Of a stretch of 64,000 nt of DNA, positions 26,482 through 39,494 are shown in pieces. The DNA is from Tubulanus polymorphus (taxonomy: Eukaryota > Animalia > Nemertea). The stretch spans positions 7,534,485-7,598,484 of the forward strand of contig NC_134027.1 in assembly GCF_964204645.1 (NCBI RefSeq), given 5' to 3'. Numbering within the stretch: the first letter of the stretch is position 1; every line of letters begins with the position of its first letter. Both the position numbers and the translations under genes were made by a program. The notes beneath the pieces were generated by a model. It was not told the DNA's origin. It saw only the letters and a program-made list of their open reading frames with translations, and did not search any database.

Positions 26482-27013
26482 AGAAATAAGATATTGGTCA
26501 CTAATTCTCTCATCTTTTAAACCAGTTCACTTTCGCTCTTGAAAGTTCACAGCCATATTATCTTTATCTATCTCTGTATTTTTGAATAAAATTATTTGTC
26601 CCAATTAGATTTACCCTACTATTGATCTTTATTGTCGATTCGATCCAAGATACGGACTTTGGCAAGTGAGGATTTGACTGGTTATTGCAGTCATTAGCAC
26701 GACTTTATATCATGTGACATTTCAAAATGGCAGCCTCCGAATAAAAACATTTCCACTATCACAACCGTGTAATAATTTCATGCATCGGCCACAACAAGGT
26801 GACCAAAAGCTGCTTGATTTCTCGAGTGGTGACTTGAGTTTTTTACTTCTTTAGCGACGACAAATGATAATTAATTTCATTCAACTTAAGTGTAACTCCT
26901 TAACTGAACTGTCACTCGTCAAGCAGCTTGGAACTCGTCCGACGCCGCTATTTTGTTCTCATTTACTTGATTCATCGTTTTGTAGATATAACTAACATAA
27001 CGTAGTGAATGAA

Positions 27014-28048
27014 ATGGAGAGATTATTGAAATTGATAATTATCGGCGATCCAACAGTGGGGAAAACTTCATTTGTTCAGCGCTACGTAAACGACACATTC
27101 CGAAGAGATTATAAAGGAACCATTGGAGGTAGGCCCGATGGTCAATATTTTATTTTTGAGGTAAATCTGACCATTTGATGAGATTTTTTGTATTACTAAA
27201 CTTTTCAGTTGATTTTGCATTAAAAGTGGTGCAATGGAGCGAAAATGAAACGCTTAAACTGCAACTGTGGGATATAGCAGGTAATGTGAACCTCCAACTT
27301 ACTAAGAATTGTTCAAGTCATACCTTTTTTCAGACTGCTAGTTTCTCTTAAGAATTAATGCAAATGACTACATTTCAGGTCAAGAGAGATTCACGTCGAT
27401 GACAAGAGTATATTACAAAGATGCGCACGCATGCGTGATAATGTTTGACCTCACCCAAAAAAAGACATTCGAAAATACAATCACATGGAAAAAGGATCTG
27501 GATTCTAAGTGTACGCTTCCCGATGGATCTTTAGTACCATGCATTCTTTTAGCTAACAAGGTAAACATTTGTAGAAAGGCAACTGATTAAGTCATTTTTA
27601 GGAAACTGGAGAATTACATGTATTTGAGAAGTCAAAGAACGGTTGAACAGATTGGCGTTAACACTAACATAGCTAATACCAACTCTCTCATTTCAGTGTG
27701 ATTTACAATATCGTGAAGTTGAACAAGTAGAAATAGAAAATCTATGTAAAGAACATGATTTTATTGGCTGGACAGAAATCTCAGTCAAAGATGGACTCAT
27801 GATCGATGAAGCAATGAAGTGAGTTAGTCATTTTGCTATCTTTTTCAATAAATTATTATGCTATTTTTGACATTGGCCTGTGCCGAAGTACCGGTAATCG
27901 CAACGATTTGTTAAATTTTAGATTTTTACTCGATGAAGTAATGACTTTATTTGGGGATATCGATCAAGACTCAACCGAATCACAGCATAACATACGTCTG
28001 GGCCATACAGCAGAGAATGAAAAAGCTTCCAACCAGTGCAGTTGTTAG
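27014..28048 (+). CDS. RAB29: Ras-related protein Rab29/Rab7L1 (Rab32/38/29 subfamily), 5 coding exons
   Basis: [33 protein letters not shown] (the Ile of WDIAG marks the Rab32/38/29 group; FTSMTR fits Rab29), LANKCD, and C-terminal CSC prenylation motif. Confidence 0.9.
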
Positions 28049-29451
28049 TGATTGAATTAATGATTTTATACAAATACTATGTTACCGCTGTCTTACAGAA
28101 TGCACTAGTCATTTTCAAAGAATCTTGGAAGTAACCAGATATTTCTAAGAGTAAACAGTCATACATATTTCGATGCATATCGGAAAGGTGCATAATTCTA
28201 CTAGATTCGATTTGAAAAGTTAATAAATTCAACTTGTAAACCTCCTACGCCATTGAACTTTTTCTAGAAAATCTCTACCCAATTCTGTGGGTCAACTCAA
28301 TCAAATATTTACAGTTAACATTTTTGTAGTCGGGTTACTTCTGTAAAATAGTTTGTAAATGGCTTCTTTTTTATGTATATGTGCTACTTTGTGATGAGTT
28401 AAGTGAGAAATTGAAAGATTTGTATTCAAGAAAGAATATTTGTCATCTCATTGTATCAAGGTGCTTTATTATTACTGGATATAGGCAATATCATTGTGAA
28501 CAATTTTAGTGATTTACACAATGTATAATTGTACACCTGTTCAAATCTTGTTACTGCTCTACTTGTGATTATTTTAAATGAATTGTAATAACTATTTACA
28601 CTTACATAATAAAACAATGAATATTATTAAATACATAAAGTAAATATGCCTCTTTAATTTCATCATTGATCAGTATGCTGTGTCAAGCAGGAACATTTAC
28701 TCTAACTTCCATGGCCCTTTCACATTAATTTCGGTAGAGTCAAAGAATATATCATTGCGTAACATAGCACTAGAAAAGGATTCATATGGGATCTAGACCT
28801 TTTGGTGACAACTTCCTCATTCTCTCTCTTCATTGGAAAAAGAAAACTGCTGCACAGAGATAGGTTCGAGTATACAGTAGACTCCTCTCAACTCGAATCC
28901 TATTAATTCGAAGATCCGAATTTGTAGCAAATACAATCCATTATTGTTGTACATGTATATTGATAGTTTATTACAATTGACCTTAACAACATCAAACATT
29001 GAACATGTGTTGTAATCATAACCTTGAGTGCAGCAAATACAAATCTATAATTTCACTAGGAAACAATTAGATCACATAAAATAAAATTAGGCAAAATTAT
29101 GCATAAGTACCTTTATTTTGTAAGAAGTTTGCAAAGTATTTTCAGTAGAACATGTCATTACAAAATCAGATATACCAAAGTTAAAAATCTTGATGAAACA
29201 CTCTGCCCATGTTGAAGCATGAACATAATAAAATCCAACAAAACAGAAAGAAATACCGGTAAGCTATTGTGCAAGCATACCTTTCGGACTCAATTTTCTT
29301 TTCTGTATTGTTGGATTTTACTGTAGATTACCAAACTTAATAGTAGTAATTACCAAAATTAAGAACTTGAAGTACTCCAAGTAATTACTGAATTCAGAGT
29401 GTTATGATAAGATAAGTTTACATCTTTAAATTACATTTATAGATGTAATAA

Positions 29452-32400
29452 CTACAAAGGTATGTCCTCACCAAATTTACTGATATGCGCTGCTCGCTTT
29501 GCAGGAATCACCAACTGAAAATGAAAATGTTAGCAGTCTTAATACTAAAGAGCCATGAAGAGGGCTTTGAAGTAAATACACAAACAAAAACCTTCAATTT
29601 TTGAAAACGAAATCAAGTGTTTTGTTCATTTTACCTCATTGTGTACGTAGGAATCACAGCCATAACACCATACTGATAAATCAGAGAAACTTAGAACAAC
29701 ACGATGATCCGTTGATAATCCATGCATTAACATATGTTCATTTATATAACGACCACAATGTACCTGGAAAAAGCATCACATAGATTATGAAAATAGATTG
29801 TAATCCGCATGTACATAGAAACATAGAAGGTTTCAATGACAGCCACTTGGATGTTCTAGAAAGTACGAGCTTTTTGAGATGATTGTTCTACTGGTACTTA
29901 CATCATAACAAACAAGACAAATCCAGTTTTCCGCTGGATCGCCGCAATCCATACAAGATTGTCGCACATCTATTCCCGCTCCAGGCACGGGTTGCACTTC
30001 ATATAAATGTGGACACCATAACAATGGAACAACTGCATGTAATTCCTGTATGAAATGCATAATGATTTTATCTACAATGAGGGTTTAAACATTTCAGTTT
30101 CAGTCATTGAAATCTTCAATCATAGTTAACGGAATGAATTTGCACCAAGATTCCTTGAGGTACTTACATTTACATCATGTTCAACACACATCTGTCCAAT
30201 TAAACCATTGATCGTTGTTGAAGGAGACATTACTGGACTACTTTTTCCACCAATAGCACCCTCTAGTTCGTCATCATTATCAACTCGAATACCACCATCA
30301 TCGATATCAAATGAGATGACTTCACCAGCTGCTCCCATGTCCGAGTTACCTATTTGATTATCTGCTTGCCTATTATCCACTAGAAATATTCAATTAAGCA
30401 GATTATCGCAATGTATGGACAGTTACCAGGGGATTCAAGTGATTAATGGAAGGAAAAGATTTGAGGAAGATTACTTACAGGTGAGACGATCCATTGCATG
30501 AATAAATTCGTCCGTACTAGAAAAAGTTGAAAAATTAAGTACATGAATGAATTGACCGTGAGTTTAGCTCAAACTACGTTATATTCTGATTTCTATTTTG
30601 ATGTTTTCTGTGAGGCTATACCTTTGATCCGCCGATGCAACTGAGGATTCCCATGCATCTGTTGAACTACTGACCGCCGAGTCTTGATCAGACGAAATTC
30701 GGACCATTTTCTTACGTTTCACTGGAGCTGGTAAATCAACTACAAGTAACAACAAAATCTTCTCATAGCACTAATGAGCACTAAAATCTTCTCATAGCTC
30801 TGTAAAACTATTGTAAAACTATGTTTCCCATCAAACCAGTCTGTACAACTGTGATGAGTAATAAATATATACTATACTATACTAATGATGACACAATCAG
30901 TTCGTGTTTTGACTGTTTCGCAAATTGAATTTATTAGTCTTCCAGATATGCGACACTGAACGAACCTCTGTATTTGAGGCATTTCCAATACTTCTGTTGA
31001 GTATCCAAAACTTGCTGAAGAGTCTTAACAGCGCTGAAAGTAAACAAGTTATAAACAAAGGCTAACGATTTGATCATATTCAAATACTGAACTTGAATAG
31101 CAGATATTGTTTACCCAGTGAAAGCAGATTTTGGTAAGGAGAAAAAATAGTCTCGCACGAAGACATATGTAATGTTTTAAAACAACAGGCTGCCATTTTC
31201 AACATACCTATCACATGGTATCACAGGATGGTTTAGAATGGGGCACGCATCGCCTAGTAATGTGCTAGTACACATTGCCATTGATTCAGATATCGACTGT
31301 AGATTATAGCCACCCTACAACAGCATCAAAAAATAATAATGTTTGATCTTTGCAATGCCACACACATGATTATCGGATGTCTAAAATGCCTTACTTCTAA
31401 AGCCAGAATCACTTTCCCATTCGCTAGACCCATTAGCATGTGGGTCATATGAGCATAGCCCTCAGGAGTTACTTTGAATCCACCCTGAAATAGAAGGAAA
31501 TTGCAAAATCGACAAGAATGCTCAGAATTAAACACAGTTTGGACCTTTTATTTACCAGTGGGTCCCCTTGAGCTGCATCAAAACCAGCAGATACAATGAC
31601 TAATTCCGGATTGTACTGAAAATGTTCACAATGACAAACTGTTAGCAAGTAGATTTTCATATCGCTTCAAATTCAAAAGTCGAAACAGGAACTTACTTCA
31701 TATGCAATTGGCATAACGACGTGGTGGAATGCAGAAATATAAGCAAAGTCACCCAAACCACGCTGAAAAATGTAACTTAGCGCATGAATGAATATCAAGG
31801 ATTGCGCTGGAATGATAGTAGCAAATCAACCAAGTAAAATACCTTATTCCATGGAATATTGACATTGAAACCTTCCCCTTCATCGACTCCAACCATATCA
31901 AAATTTGCATCCTCCGATGCTGGGAAAAATGTTCCATTATCATAACGATGCAGTGATATATACAACACACTAGTAAACAAAAATATGATTTTTGATTTTA
32001 CATCAGTAATGTTAACTTTGATTCAGATACAGTTTATTAATGAAATAAACACTGACCCCGGATCTCTTTCGAACATATGTTGTATACCATTTCCATGATG
32101 TACATCCCAATCAACAATCAAAATCCTGAATCAAAAAATGAATATACTTGAATGAGCCCGATAATTAATACTTAATTTGGATGTTAAATGTTCTGTACCG
32201 TGAAAGGTTATATTTTTTCTGTGAATATTTGGCAGCTATTGCAACGTTGTTGAACAAACAGAAACCACAGGCTGATTCGTCCTCTGCATGATGGCCAGGC
32301 GGCCTGAAAAATATCCAATATCAAGTTATTACAAAGTATTTCTAATGAAAACAAGTATTACCAGTAAATAGAAGAAAACGCATATACCTGACTACTGCAA

Positions 32401-35400
32401 TTCCGTTTTGTGACTTTCCTGTTAAAACATTGTCTATAACTTGTAAAAGACACCCAGCAGCTAATAGAGCACATTCATATGAATCCTGAAATTAGAAATA
32501 AAAAATTCAACAAATTCATACCTAGGGTGGGTCAAACATTTAATCACCCAACTACGATGCATAATACTACCGGTACCTGATTGAAGAATATAGAATTATA
32601 TTGCAGCTGCATTTCCTTCAAATCACTGTTTTTTGAGGTTTTAGTGTCTTTCATTCTTTTGACGTGGCTTGGAGAATGTACAAGCAAGAGTTCATCTTCA
32701 GTTGCAGAACGACTCTAGAATTGAAATCAGAATCATAATCCAGGATCATCGATGTCGTCAGTGGAATGCGGGATTTGACTGTTGAACAAATAATCCATAG
32801 ATAGTTACTGGAAGACGCTGACATCTATTGACTAGATTGAAATCTTCATGCATGGTAAATATACGTGAAATTCGGTCCGGTCGCTCGGGATGACCTCTGA
32901 AAATGGTATTTTTTTTATCTGGCATAAGTTTCAGGCATGATTTAGGTGTATATAAGTATTAGAAAGTCAACCGAGCACAGAATCAAAGGCACATGACTCA
33001 CGGATTCACAGGATCTTTATGTCTTCTCATTCTTTCATCATAAACAAAACAAGTTTGATTCGGTGCCTTGGTCAGATCTGTCTGCCGAATCACATTATCG
33101 ATCACTTGATCAAAGTGTGCTACTTTTTCAGAATCAAGGGATGGATAGGAATCATAAATTTCATATTCGTCAAACTTTTCATTCATTCTAAAAATAAACA
33201 ACATCCAATTGAGTTTTTGATAGAAAATATGTAACATTTTCTACGTCTGAATAAATGAGTGCTTGCTATATTACCTCTCATAATATAGGTCTGCATTATT
33301 GCTGCTAGTTATTTCTGAAAACCGATCATTATCACAAATTCCTTGCATCTTTAATGATTTCCAGTACGGACGCAATACATTCAATGCATTATATATCGTT
33401 TTAAGTGCGCTGAAAATGAAATCAGCAACTTTTATTATGATAACTGAAACAAATTCACTTTCACTAGTATAAAAAATATTTCAGGTCTTTTTAATAAAAA
33501 AGTATTTGCAATAAATAACCAGTGGTGGTTTTTGACGAGGTAATAACAATGCTGATTTTACCTTTCACAAGGTGGATTCAAAGATTTCAGTGGGGGACAT
33601 GGATCGCCCAGTAAAGTCCTCAGAGTTAACGCTACGCATTCAGACAATGATTTAATACAATATCCTCCTTCCATAACGATGCATAGTTTACCGTTTGCTA
33701 GTGACATGAGCTGATGAGTAAGGTGCGCATAGCACACTGGTTCGACTAACATTTCACCCTACCACAAAAATGCATTAATCAATTTCATTTCATGAGTCAA
33801 AGAGGTAGTCCCATATAGGCCGATATGACTGAAAATATATTTCTCTAACAATATTCAATTTGTTGAATTTGTCAAATGAATATTCAATACAATACATGTA
33901 TTGTATCATAACATTAATGATTAGTAAGCTACTTAAATGTCATTTGATACAAAATGACCACCAGAGTGGATACTAAGATATACATGGTAGACATCCATTC
34001 TGTAACTTGATTGGGCTGGTGATGAAGGAATGGTTTTTGGGAAGGAATAAAAAGCTTTTTTGATTGACTTAGGGAGGACATCACATCACCTGAAAGATTT
34101 ATATTCATATGGTAAATGGATTTGAATGCAGGAGCATGTTGTTGCGGGAGGTCCATTCAACAATCTTAAAATGTACCTTCAAATCACCGACTGCTGCATC
34201 AAAGCCAGCACTAACAAGAACAATCTCAGGACAAAACTAAAGATTAGAAAAAAATAAAGTTAGTGTATACCTCTGGACATCCAATAGCTGCATCAAATCC
34301 TGAACAAACTAGTACTAACTCAGGCTGAAACTATAAAAAAACAACATATATAACCTTTTCAGCCTGATATACACTCATCTACAATCAAACATATCCCAAT
34401 ATTCATGAAACGTATCTGTCAACAATGTGTTAATTAGGAAATGTGGATCACTTTATCATTCATTAATATTTTTTGCTTACCTCATATGCAATAGGCATCA
34501 ATATTTGGTGAAAAACAGCTAAATATTCACTATTAGACATTCCTGTTTTATTCCATGGTATGTTTATATTGTACCCAATACCCCTGCCAGTTCCGATGTG
34601 GTCATAATCGGATTCTTTCAAATTCGGCCAGAAATATCCGAGTTCATATCGATGTATAGAAAAGTACAGCACTCTGAAAAGCAAGACGATCAGCTTCTAT
34701 GTATGAAATTTCCATTACCCGGTAAGACTGGTAACAAGAAATTGGACAAATTCATATATTGCAAATAAATTCTGAAAGTATAACCGGTACACTAACCTGG
34801 GATCATCATAAAACATGTATTGTATGCCTTGCCCATGATGAACATCCCAGTCAACTATCAATATTCTGCGAAAAAAAGTGATGCAAATTCTCTGTCAATG
34901 TATCATCCAATTGCAACTGAGAGACGTGAAAAACCTTTCTGTAGATTTTGATGTAATTTTTCTACCTTTGTAGCCCAAGGTTTTCTAGCCCATGTTTTGC
35001 AGCGATTGCTACGTTATTGAAGTAACAGTAACCGTTACATTCATTGTACATAGCATGATGTCCTGGAGGTCTGAAACGAAAGATGCATAAAAATCTATGA
35101 AACACTTGTTTTTGAATACGGGTACATACACATTGAAAGCATATACGGTACATACCTTGTAATTGTCAGACCATTTTTCACCTGCAAATATGAAGTGAAT
35201 GATGTAAGTATGATTCATAATACATTGTATTTTCGTATAATTTGTGTATGTCAGATATATATACCTTGCTGTCAACTATTTGTTCCACTATATTGATGAT
35301 ACCTCCTAGTACTAAACTCGCAGCTTGGAAACTATGCTGCAAATCAGAGCAGATTACTAATGATTAACTGAACGAAGAAAATAAGGGATTTCATAGAATT

Positions 35401-38138
35401 ATGATTTTTCCGATTTTGAAAGATCTTCATTGATTGACTTGACTATTATTGCCACGATTAATTACCAGTATTTAGAATTTATCGATTGATTGAATATATT
35501 TTGGTTAGTTTAGTATGTAAATAAGAACAATTACTATAAGCAGATATACTATAGGTTATGATTTCACAGAGTAAGCACATAAAAAGACACTTAATGAAGG
35601 TACATGGCTCTACCCAACAAAAATAATCGGATCTCAGTACCAGATATAGGACATAGATTGATATCTATAGGTAAGCATGGATATCCAAATTGTCAGGACT
35701 GGATTCTTGAGCCAAACCTGGACTAACAGGCTTTATGACTTCATGAAGATAGCAGGTGTCAAATATGAATTTCAGGTTGCAGCAAGATGAATTTTGAGTG
35801 ACGATCAGATTCAGATGATTGTTTTGAAGGCATGACTCACATTGTGAAAATAAACAGAATCAAAAAGTGACGATTCATGTTTTAAATCATTTTCATTCAA
35901 TTCTGAGGACTTTTTCACCAATTCGTAAATTTCTTCATCATGGCCTAAGAGTATACTACAGAGGTCAGCAGTTTTCACCTGTGGAACAACATCATTAAAT
36001 AAAACAGTGGATGTTAAAAGAGAAATAAAATATGAAATAGGGGAAGGACATTACACGGGTCCACAGACACATGAAACGTATATCAACTTCATTCAAACTT
36101 GTTCAAATTCTTTTCTGTAGTTTCCAAAAGAACTCATTTGTCAATGGACAAACTTTTTTCAAAAAGTGACAAATTCAAAGAAATTGATTGTAGATGTGAA
36201 TACTTGGTAGGTAAAGAAAGATTAGAATATATATCTTACAACACTACATTGCACGTGCGTTGGAAAAACAACAACTCCTCAGAGAACTAGGGGTCCTGGA
36301 ACACCATGCCCACTTGGAAATTAGTCCGAAGGTCTGAAATGCTTGACAATCTGAAATCTTAAATATCTAACACCTCCTGGTGAACAAATACAGAAACTTC
36401 CACATGAAACTCATCACAATCATGGAACATATCAAGTTACAGCAAAATATGCATAGATCCCAAAATAAATGGAAATCCTGCGTAATTTCACCATTCAATA
36501 TCCCCTTGTGAACGTATGCAAAAGCCAATGATCTTGAAAATGAAAGTGCCAAGTTGACTAAATATGGACGGATGGATGAATGGACAGAGAAAAGGTGAAG
36601 AAAGGGAATGCAAAAGCTCGCTAGGACTAAAGTCCCAAGTGGGCTTAAAAGCCTTTTGATTAGAAATTTGATGAGAAAGTTCAATTTGCAATCAAACATT
36701 GTTACATTTTGACTTCATGGAGAAAGGTGTGGTAGCTTTTCTGAGGTTAGACTAGAGAATGGTTGAGGAGTCACATGACTGGTACAGCAGCCACACAACT
36801 CACTTTATGAAAGTAAACATCATCCATTTTCATAGCGACTGCACTTAGCTGCTCGAAGTTCATATTACGGGTACTTCGTACCAGGTCTAATAAACACGGA
36901 CTATGAATCAACAAGAAATGCTCCTCTAATGCTTCTTCGGCCTGTTGTAAAATTATCGTAATTTGTTCACAAAACCTTTGATCAATCTGTACAATTCCCT
37001 ATTTATAAAGTACGAATGACGGGACTATTTTTTTAACGTAGTATGGATCACCAAAGAGATTTGTAGCCTCCTAGATGAGGAAGCACAAATTAGCAAATAC
37101 CTAACCAAGCTCATGTCAGAATGACTAAAAAAAAATGAGATACAACAGATCATTCGCCAACAACCGCTAGCAGTTTATGGACAAAACAGCAACCAAGTCA
37201 TACATCTGTTATATATATTTGACCAAAATGAGATCAAACCTAAAATGGAATAGTGTTATGATGAAAAATGACATGTATGAATTATACCTCTAATCTGGTG
37301 CATCGTTTTACTAGTCCATACTCTACACAACGTTTATAAGATTCTGTAATTCTTTCTGGACGTTCGGGGTGGTTTTTATCCCACAGACAATGATATGCAG
37401 CCATTTGCTCGTCATATACTAGACCGGTCCTGAAAAATATTCATAATTCAAAGCTTCCTTAACTGAAGAAACTGGAGGCAGGAAGCTATCGTCAAATGAA
37501 AAACCTACTCAGAGGGAAAATCTTTCCGTTTGTCCATAGCCTGAAAAATTAAAAGATTTGCTTAAATCATCTAAAGACTTAAAGATAAATTATGAAAGGT
37601 ATTCACAACATGCTTATTATATAATGCAATGGCAAAGTGCCACTGTGGTGGGGTGAGGTGTATTTACAGTGCTTAAGAAAAGAGTTCTTCCTCCTTGATT
37701 TTTCGACGACCGAAGTTGACGTCCACGTTTTTTTGATTCAGCCAGGCTAGCGCTGGCGCTCTTTGATTTTTTCTTACTAGATGAAGTCTAAAAGAGAGCG
37801 TTTTCAGCATGCTACATAAAATCAACCTTTCCTAGTGCTCCAGTGGTAAAGAAAAATTCGGCAGCAACAAACAAAAAGTGGTGTGAATGTGGCAATAAAT
37901 GGAAGAAGAGTATTTCATTACAACAAACCTTTGGGCGTGTACTGGTTCCGCTAGGAGTTTTGGCTCTACGAACAACACCGGGATCTGTGTTTTCATCGAC
38001 AACTTGAAAATCACAAAGCGCCACAGTTTCGGCAGATTGATTCTGAGCAGATGGTGCCCGCCATCCCAGATTATCTTCCGCTTTGTCTGATATATCATTG
38101 CCTTCTGCACTGGATAACAATTTTTCTTTATCATCCAT
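29452..38138 (-). CDS. HDAC6: Class IIb histone deacetylase 6 (tandem CD1 + CD2 + ZnF-UBP), multi-exon, with two duplicated exon pairs in CD1
   Basis: Two copies each of RPPGHH, DWDVHHG, GFDAA and EGGY; C-terminal [42 protein letters not shown] zinc finger; stop TAG at 29452-29454. Confidence 0.96.
34177..34236 (-). CDS. HDAC6: HDAC6 CD1 alternative exon 2B ([20 protein letters not shown]), 60 nt
   Basis: TAG|TTT...AAG|GTACAT, phase 0/0; only 34 nt from exon 2A. Confidence 0.9.
34271..34330 (-). CDS. HDAC6: HDAC6 CD1 alternative exon 2A ([20 protein letters not shown]), 60 nt
   Basis: TAG|TTT...GAG|GTATAC, phase 0/0. Confidence 0.9.
35841..35978 (-). CDS. HDAC6: HDAC6 CD1 alternative exon 1B (loop L2, ...FDSVYFHN), 138 nt
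   Basis: CAG|GTG...AAT|GTGAGT; open frame [46 protein letters not shown]. Confidence 0.88.
36804..36941 (-). CDS. HDAC6: HDAC6 CD1 alternative exon 1A (loop L2, ...MDDVYFHK), 138 nt
   Basis: CAG|GCC...AAA|GTGAGT; open frame [46 protein letters not shown]. Confidence 0.85.
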
Positions 38139-38504
38139 GTTTCATTCGATATTTCACTTTTCTGCAATGATATACATTTCATCCATTTATATATCAAGTT
38201 CAGCTAATAAGGGTAGATGAACCACCTCACATCTTCTTTTTCTTCTTCTTCTCAATCTTCTCCTTCCAGTTGTGTTCCTTTCCTTTGTGAAGTTTTGAAG
38301 AGTAGAGTCTTCTCAGAAATAGGGGCCACAGGGGAATTGAAGCAAAAAAGGGTCATATGAGAATTAACGGACAGGGAAGGGTTTAGGGGAATTCTTTCTG
38401 GCACAAAGTGATGCATTTGCAGATCGGACCTCTCCTCGGATTTTAATCATCTACTGACTTGTTATTCAGAGGCAATAAATGATAAATGTATCATTCATTG
38501 CCTG

Positions 38505-38625
38505 TCCTGTGGCATGGTTATTGGTGGATTAGGGTGTTTGACTCACAACCGAGAGGTTGTGGGTTCGAATCCTTTTGTGAAACCATGTTATACAGGAAGG
38601 ACACATATCGAGTGTCCTACCTGTA
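38505..38625 (+). mobile_element. tRNA-derived SINE-like fragment upstream of the HDAC6 coding start
   Basis: A-box-like tggtggattagg and B-box GGTTCGAATCC at tRNA-like spacing; no complete cloverleaf. Confidence 0.45.
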
Positions 38626-39494
38626 TGATGAAGTTAGCCATAGTATGATGAAGTTGGCCAGAATAGGTAGAAGGGAATGTATTGAATTGAATTGGTTGGA
38701 CCTTGTTTTTTGACTTTGTCCATCATTATCATTTTCTCGGGCTAATTTGCCTACACTACAGGCTACATTCATCTGACGCCTAGCTTTTATATAATCAACA
38801 TGATTTACACGTATCGCATAATTAAAACCAACCTATGAATCTTATGAAATATCGAATTATTTCAATAGGAAGGAAAAGATTTCGAACGTACGTAAATATA
38901 CAAATGGGGACATAAGGTTAAAATGGGACGGCTGTGGAGTACTATGTACCGAATGAGATCAACAAAAATAGATGTTGGTATTTTTTCCTAGGACTTTCGA
39001 ATTAGTACGCATACTAATGTAATAGGCTAAAAACATCAGAATCTATCCTTAGCGCCTCCTCAGAAAAACCAAAGAAAATCCAAAATTATCTATATATGAT
39101 AAGTAATATATTTCATAATTTCTATCCTTGAACTAATGATGTAATAAATTGAAAAATGTGTAAATAATCATATCCGAAGTACTCGTTAAAATATTCTAGT
39201 ATAAGACAAGTGCCAATCATCAAAAATACCTTCTATTGATTCAATATACATCAAACTTCACAAAACCTAACGGACACAATCTGTCTTATTCTCAATTTAT
39301 CCCATAAGCCCTGGCCTCTTAACATTTTTTTCAGTTTCTTTAGATTATCTTTAATCTTCTGACTCAGACGCTTTAACACAAAACAATTTAGAGGTACAGT
39401 TTATTTTCTCTGAGATAGCTAGGCAAGGAATACTGTTTGCTTAGTTATATTTTCGAATATTATGCAAGTCAACCGCTCCTACGCCATCAATTTA

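Noticed and set aside
36367-36699. 110-aa minus-strand ORF in the HDAC6 intron between exons 1A and 1B, considered as a third alternative exon (LFSVHS...YVHK)
   Set aside because: No 138-nt AG..GT-bounded segment in the right phase and no DxVYFH motif; resemblance is weak.
36942-37287. Search for an alternative L1 exon with an HDAC10 PEACE motif
   Set aside because: The candidate acceptor leads quickly to a stop; no such motif seen.
38505-38575. Possible tRNA gene
   Set aside because: Has a B box but no consistent acceptor or anticodon stems; treated as SINE-like.
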